From the sequence record DRR723986_9628: DNA of 20,000 nucleotides. The stretch is one strand, 5' to 3'. The position numbers and the translations under genes are program-made. Under the pieces are notes generated by a model, which did no database searches, was not told the origin of the DNA, and was given only the letters and a program-made list of their open reading frames with translations. Of this stretch, positions 16,299-20,000 are shown in pieces (the first letter of the stretch is position 1; the number at the start of each line of letters is the position of its first letter).

Positions 16299-17537
16299 CT
16301 TTCTGACCTGTCCATTTCCTCTTACGATCCACTTATAGCTACAAAGCTCTTTCAGCGCCATAGGTCCACGGGCGTGGAGCTTTTGGGTACTTATGCCGAT
16401 TTCTGCACCCAAACCAAATTGAGCTCCATCAGTGAAAGCTGTGGAGGCATTTGCATAAACTGCCGCTGCATCCACTTCCAGTAAAAAGCGATCAAGAGTC
16501 TCCTGGTTTTCAGCAACTATAGCTTCAGAATGCTTTGAAGAATAGATAGCAATATGATCTAAGGCTTCATCCAGATTTGCCACAGTTTTGATGGCTAATT
16601 TCAGCCCTAAGAATTCTGTTCCAAAGTGAGACTCATCAGCTTTTGAAATCAATTCGTGAGAATCTAGAGCTTCAAAAGCTTCCTCATCTGCAAAAATCTG
16701 AACCTTGCTTTCCAACATCGGCTGAATCAAATCATTTAAAACGGACAAGTGTGCTTCATGAATTATTAGACAATCCAGAGAATTACATACACTGGGTCTA
16801 CGGGTTTTGGAATTATAGGCAATCTCTTTCGCTTTTTCCAAATCCGCGGATTCATCGACATAAGTATGAACGATGCCGGCTCCAGTTTCGATCACTGGCA
16901 CTTTTGCATTTTCCCTGACAAAATTGATTAAGCCCTGAGACCCTCTTGGAATAATAACATCGACAAAACCAACTGCCTCCAAGAGTGCTTTCGTGGCTGT
17001 TCTTTCCGCAGGCAAAAGCTGAAATGCTTCCGTTGGCAGCTCATTGATTTCTAACACTTGATGGATCAAACTCATAATCGCTCGATTGGAGAAGTCGGCG
17101 TCTGAACCTCCTTTCAGCACCAACCCATTTCCGGATTTCAAGGCAAGAGTAAACACGTCAAAAGTTACATTAGGCCTAGCCTCGTAAATGATCCCGATCA
17201 CCCCAAGCGGCACGGTAGTTTTCTCAAGCGACAGTCCATTTTCAAGGGTTTTACTTTCCAAGACATGATGAAGCGGACTTGGTAATGCACTCACCTGAAT
17301 GATTTCTCCAGCGATAGTTTGAATTCTTTCTTCTGTCAGCAAAAGCCTATCATACATGGGATTGTCTGGCTCCATGAGATCCAGATCTTTCTGGTTTTCT
17401 TCGAGGAGAAAGTAGGTGTTCTCCACCGCCAAAATAGCCAGATTATGTAGGACCTGATTTACCTTCTCATTACTGAGACCAGTCAGTTTTCTAGCTCCTT
17501 TTTTTACTCCTTCAAAAATATCTTGGTACTCAGTCAT
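16296..17537 (-). CDS. proA: Gamma-glutamyl phosphate reductase (glutamate-5-semialdehyde dehydrogenase)
   Basis: [31 protein letters not shown] (catalytic Cys), [29 protein letters not shown]. Confidence 0.97.
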   Translation of the reverse strand: MTEYQDIFEGVKKGARKLTGLSNEKVNQVLHNLAILAVENTYFLLEENQKDLDLMEPDNPMYDRLLLTEERIQTIAGEIIQVSALPSPLHHVLESKTLENGLSLEKTTVPLGVIGIIYEARPNVTFDVFTLALKSGNGLVLKGGSDADFSNRAIMSLIHQVLEINELPTEAFQLLPAERTATKALLEAVGFVDVIIPRGSQGLINFVRENAKVPVIETGAGIVHTYVDESADLEKAKEIAYNSKTRRPSVCNSLDCLIIHEAHLSVLNDLIQPMLESKVQIFADEEAFEALDSHELISKADESHFGTEFLGLKLAIKTVANLDEALDHIAIYSSKHSEAIVAENQETLDRFLLEVDAAAVYANASTAFTDGAQFGLGAEIGISTQKLHARGPMALKELCSYKWIVRGNGQVRK

Positions 17538-18612
17538 GATCGAAAATATAGAGGTAATCGTAATGGATTAATGCTTTTTGATTCTTTTGGCCAATGCGTT
17601 CATTGGCTACTTTGGAGGAATACTCTGCTCTCCCCAGGCCGATTTTATGACCTGTTTCGTCTCTGATCAGAAGTATGTCTCCTTTGGAAAACTCTCCTTC
17701 CAGTTTAATAATTCCAATTGGCAAGAGACTGCGGATTACCTCTGCCGTGAGGGAGCTTTTCGCTCCTTCATTGATAGTGATCTCTCCAACGTAATAATGT
17801 TCACCGTGAGCCAGCCATTTCTTTGCACCATGTTTTGCTTTTTGAGGTTCAAACCAAGTACATCGCAAGCTTTTGTCAGCAAATTCTCCCAATACATTCT
17901 CCCGCTTGCCATTAGCGATTATAACCTGAATGCCCAGATCTGCAGATTTTTTGGCCATGGCATACTTGGTAAGCATTCCACCCCGGCCAAAAGATGACTT
18001 GGAAGCTGAGATATAGTTAGAAACTTCAGGCATTTTAGAAGCTACTTTTTCTATGAGTTGAGAATCGGGATCTGAAGGGTTTCCAGTGAAAATCCCATCC
18101 ACATTCGTAAGCAGCATCATGGTGTCTGCATTGATCATCGCAGCGGTGAGACTAGCCAGTTCATCGTTATCGGTGAACATCAGCTCGGTAATGGTAACCG
18201 TGTCATTTTCATTGATAATAGGCAAGATGCCCTGTGAGAGCAAGGCTTGCACACAGTTTTTCATGTTCAAGAAATGCTTTCTATCCCGAAAATCCTCCTT
18301 GGTCACCAAGATCTGCGCAACGGGCTGCTTATGTTTTTCGAAGAAATTCTGGTATTGATTGATCAGGCGAATTTGACCTGTGGAAGCCCAGATTTGTTTT
18401 TTGAAAACTGGGTTGAGTTTCTCGGGAAGAGGAATTGCTTGTCTCCCAAAAGCTACTGCGCCCGAACTTACCAAGACGACTTTCTTACCGAGAGAGGTTA
18501 GCGCTTGGATTTGGGCGACAAGCTTTTCCATGCGATCTAAATCAGGAAGTCCATTATCCTGAGTCAGTACATTCGACCCGATCTTGATTACCAATAATTT
18601 GCTGTCTAGCAT
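17530..18612 (-). CDS. proB: Glutamate 5-kinase with C-terminal PUA domain
   Basis: [50 protein letters not shown]; overlaps proA by 8 nt. Confidence 0.97.
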   Translation of the reverse strand: MLDSKLLVIKIGSNVLTQDNGLPDLDRMEKLVAQIQALTSLGKKVVLVSSGAVAFGRQAIPLPEKLNPVFKKQIWASTGQIRLINQYQNFFEKHKQPVAQILVTKEDFRDRKHFLNMKNCVQALLSQGILPIINENDTVTITELMFTDNDELASLTAAMINADTMMLLTNVDGIFTGNPSDPDSQLIEKVASKMPEVSNYISASKSSFGRGGMLTKYAMAKKSADLGIQVIIANGKRENVLGEFADKSLRCTWFEPQKAKHGAKKWLAHGEHYYVGEITINEGAKSSLTAEVIRSLLPIGIIKLEGEFSKGDILLIRDETGHKIGLGRAEYSSKVANERIGQKNQKALIHYDYLYIFDHD

Positions 18613-18640
18613 GATTGAAAAATTTGCCTGAAAATAAGGA

Positions 18641-18764
18641 AGATTTGGGACTTATGATTTTGGAATTACGATTTAGGGGCTTTCTTCCAAAATTGAAGGT
18701 GAATTCCTGGGGTTTGGGCTTGAGGTTTTATTGAGGTCGTAAATCGTAATTCGTAAGTCGTAAA
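18641..18764. repeat. Inverted pair of 7-nt arrays (TTACGAW family)
   Basis: Left arm agatttg ggactta tgatttt ggaatta cgattta (18641-18675). Right arm tcgtaaa tcgtaat tcgtaag tcgtaaa (18737-18764). gaattacgattta and taaatcgtaattc are perfect 13-nt reverse complements. Confidence 0.8.
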
Positions 18765-18826
18765 TAATCAGATAGATTGTATGGCTACTGAAATTTAATA
18801 TGACTTACTAGCTTGGTTAAGCATAT

Positions 18827-19699
18827 TTACAAAAAGCTCATACTCAGCGTCCCAATCAGCATCAATACCTTAGCAATGGTGCTTAACTGAGTAAAATGAT
18901 CCTTGCGATCAGCTAGGTAGATTCGGTACATGAAATACATAAAAAAGATACCCAGACCACCGAAATAGGCAAAAATAATGGGTCGGTCAAGTTTGAACAT
19001 TACAATCAAAATTGCACAGATAAATACTGCCGCAATCAAGAAAATAACGGCTTTTGTTTTGCGAAAGCCAAGTACAATTGGCAATGTTCTGCATCCGTGT
19101 TTTCTATCTCCCTGTCTATCTTCTATGTCTTTAATAATCTCACGAATGAGATTAAGGAAGAAAGCGAATATGGCATAGGTTAGAACCAGTAGCTCAGCTT
19201 TCTGGTAATGAATAGCAATGATATAAATAGAAAGTCCAGTGAGAAATGCAACGGTTACATTACCGATAAAAGGTTCTCTTTTAAGCTGATTGCTGTAAAT
19301 CCAAAGTAAAAATGCCGCTACAAAATTGATGAAAGCAACTTTTGGACTGACGAGATATCCCAGCCCAATCGCAGTGAAATTTAGAAATGAGTGAAGCAGA
19401 ATGATGACTCTTCTTTTGATTCCTTTACCCACTACAACCTCATTTGGTCTATTGACATAGTCGATTTTGACATCGTAATAGTCATTGATCATGTAGCCAG
19501 CAGCAGTGATCAATAAGGTGGAGAAAATGATCAAGTACAGTTTGTAATCCTGAAGAACAGGCAAGCCGGCATTGGTAGTGCCTACCAAAAAATAAGCGGT
19601 CATGAACTGTGCGAATCCCACCATCAACAGATTAATTGGTCTGCTGATCCGAAAAAGTCCCCGGATGGATATGGTTCTTTCTACAGTCATGGTATTCAT
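18827..19699 (-). CDS. UbiA-family prenyltransferase (DGGGP-synthase-like subgroup)
   Basis: RPINLL, Asp-rich motifs INDYYDVKIDYVNRP and REIIKDIEDRQGD, RTLP; about 9 TM segments. Confidence 0.88.
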   Translation of the reverse strand: MNTMTVERTISIRGLFRISRPINLLMVGFAQFMTAYFLVGTTNAGLPVLQDYKLYLIIFSTLLITAAGYMINDYYDVKIDYVNRPNEVVVGKGIKRRVIILLHSFLNFTAIGLGYLVSPKVAFINFVAAFLLWIYSNQLKREPFIGNVTVAFLTGLSIYIIAIHYQKAELLVLTYAIFAFFLNLIREIIKDIEDRQGDRKHGCRTLPIVLGFRKTKAVIFLIAAVFICAILIVMFKLDRPIIFAYFGGLGIFFMYFMYRIYLADRKDHFTQLSTIAKVLMLIGTLSMSFL

Positions 19700-20000
19700 C
19701 TGTTAATAATTACTTTTTTATGGTCAGATGGAATCTCGCATGGTTAGATCTTGCCAGTGTGTGACTTTTTTAGTCATACTCGATTTCATACGTCAAAAAT
19801 AGATTCAATTCCCGTCACATCTAGGGAAATGTCTCGGTATGTGGAAATTAAAAGGTTTTTTAACCGCGGAGGACACTAAGGCACTACAGAGGGCGCTGGT
19901 ATTTAGCAGTTAGTTTTGATTGATCATTAATAATTGGAGATCCGACTGTGCCTTTGGCACTCTATTGATGTAATCTTATTCTAAACCCAGAATTTCATTC

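Noticed and set aside
104-19178. Numerous 60-139 aa antisense or out-of-frame ORFs in the ORF track (e.g. 104-382, 8654-9010, 15752-16093, 17578-17997)
   Set aside because: They are shadows of well-supported genes and show no recognisable motifs.
19762-19958. Small palindromes TGACT-N5-AGTCA (19762-19776) and GTGCC-TTT-GGCAC (19948-19960 region)
   Set aside because: Too short and single-copy in this window to assign as operator or repeat without a genome-wide count.

Overview
AT-rich bacterial window. Gene content and intergenic style suggest Bacteroidota, probably Cyclobacteriaceae/Algoriphagus-like (inference). The left ~15 kb is an envelope/transport cluster: two DUF2807 (head GIN/auto-transporter adhesin-like) proteins, a DUF4097 beta-repeat protein and three ~800-aa MacB/FtsX-type ABC permeases with no ATPase in the window. 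It is interrupted by a bestrophin-family channel and cydAB, and followed by DUF2200 and a 93-aa orphan. The right part is housekeeping: purN, proA, proB and a UbiA-family prenyltransferase. The most striking signals are non-coding. (1) Strand-polarised degenerate 7-nt 'NAG-NNNN' arrays begin at or just after stop codons. (2) Pyrimidine-rich 8-nt 'YTTNCAAY' arrays run up to start codons. (3) Two identically spaced sigma54-like promoter/enhancer modules link the DUF4097-permease operon to the orphan gene. (4) Several REP-like palindromes occur, some nested inside other repeats.
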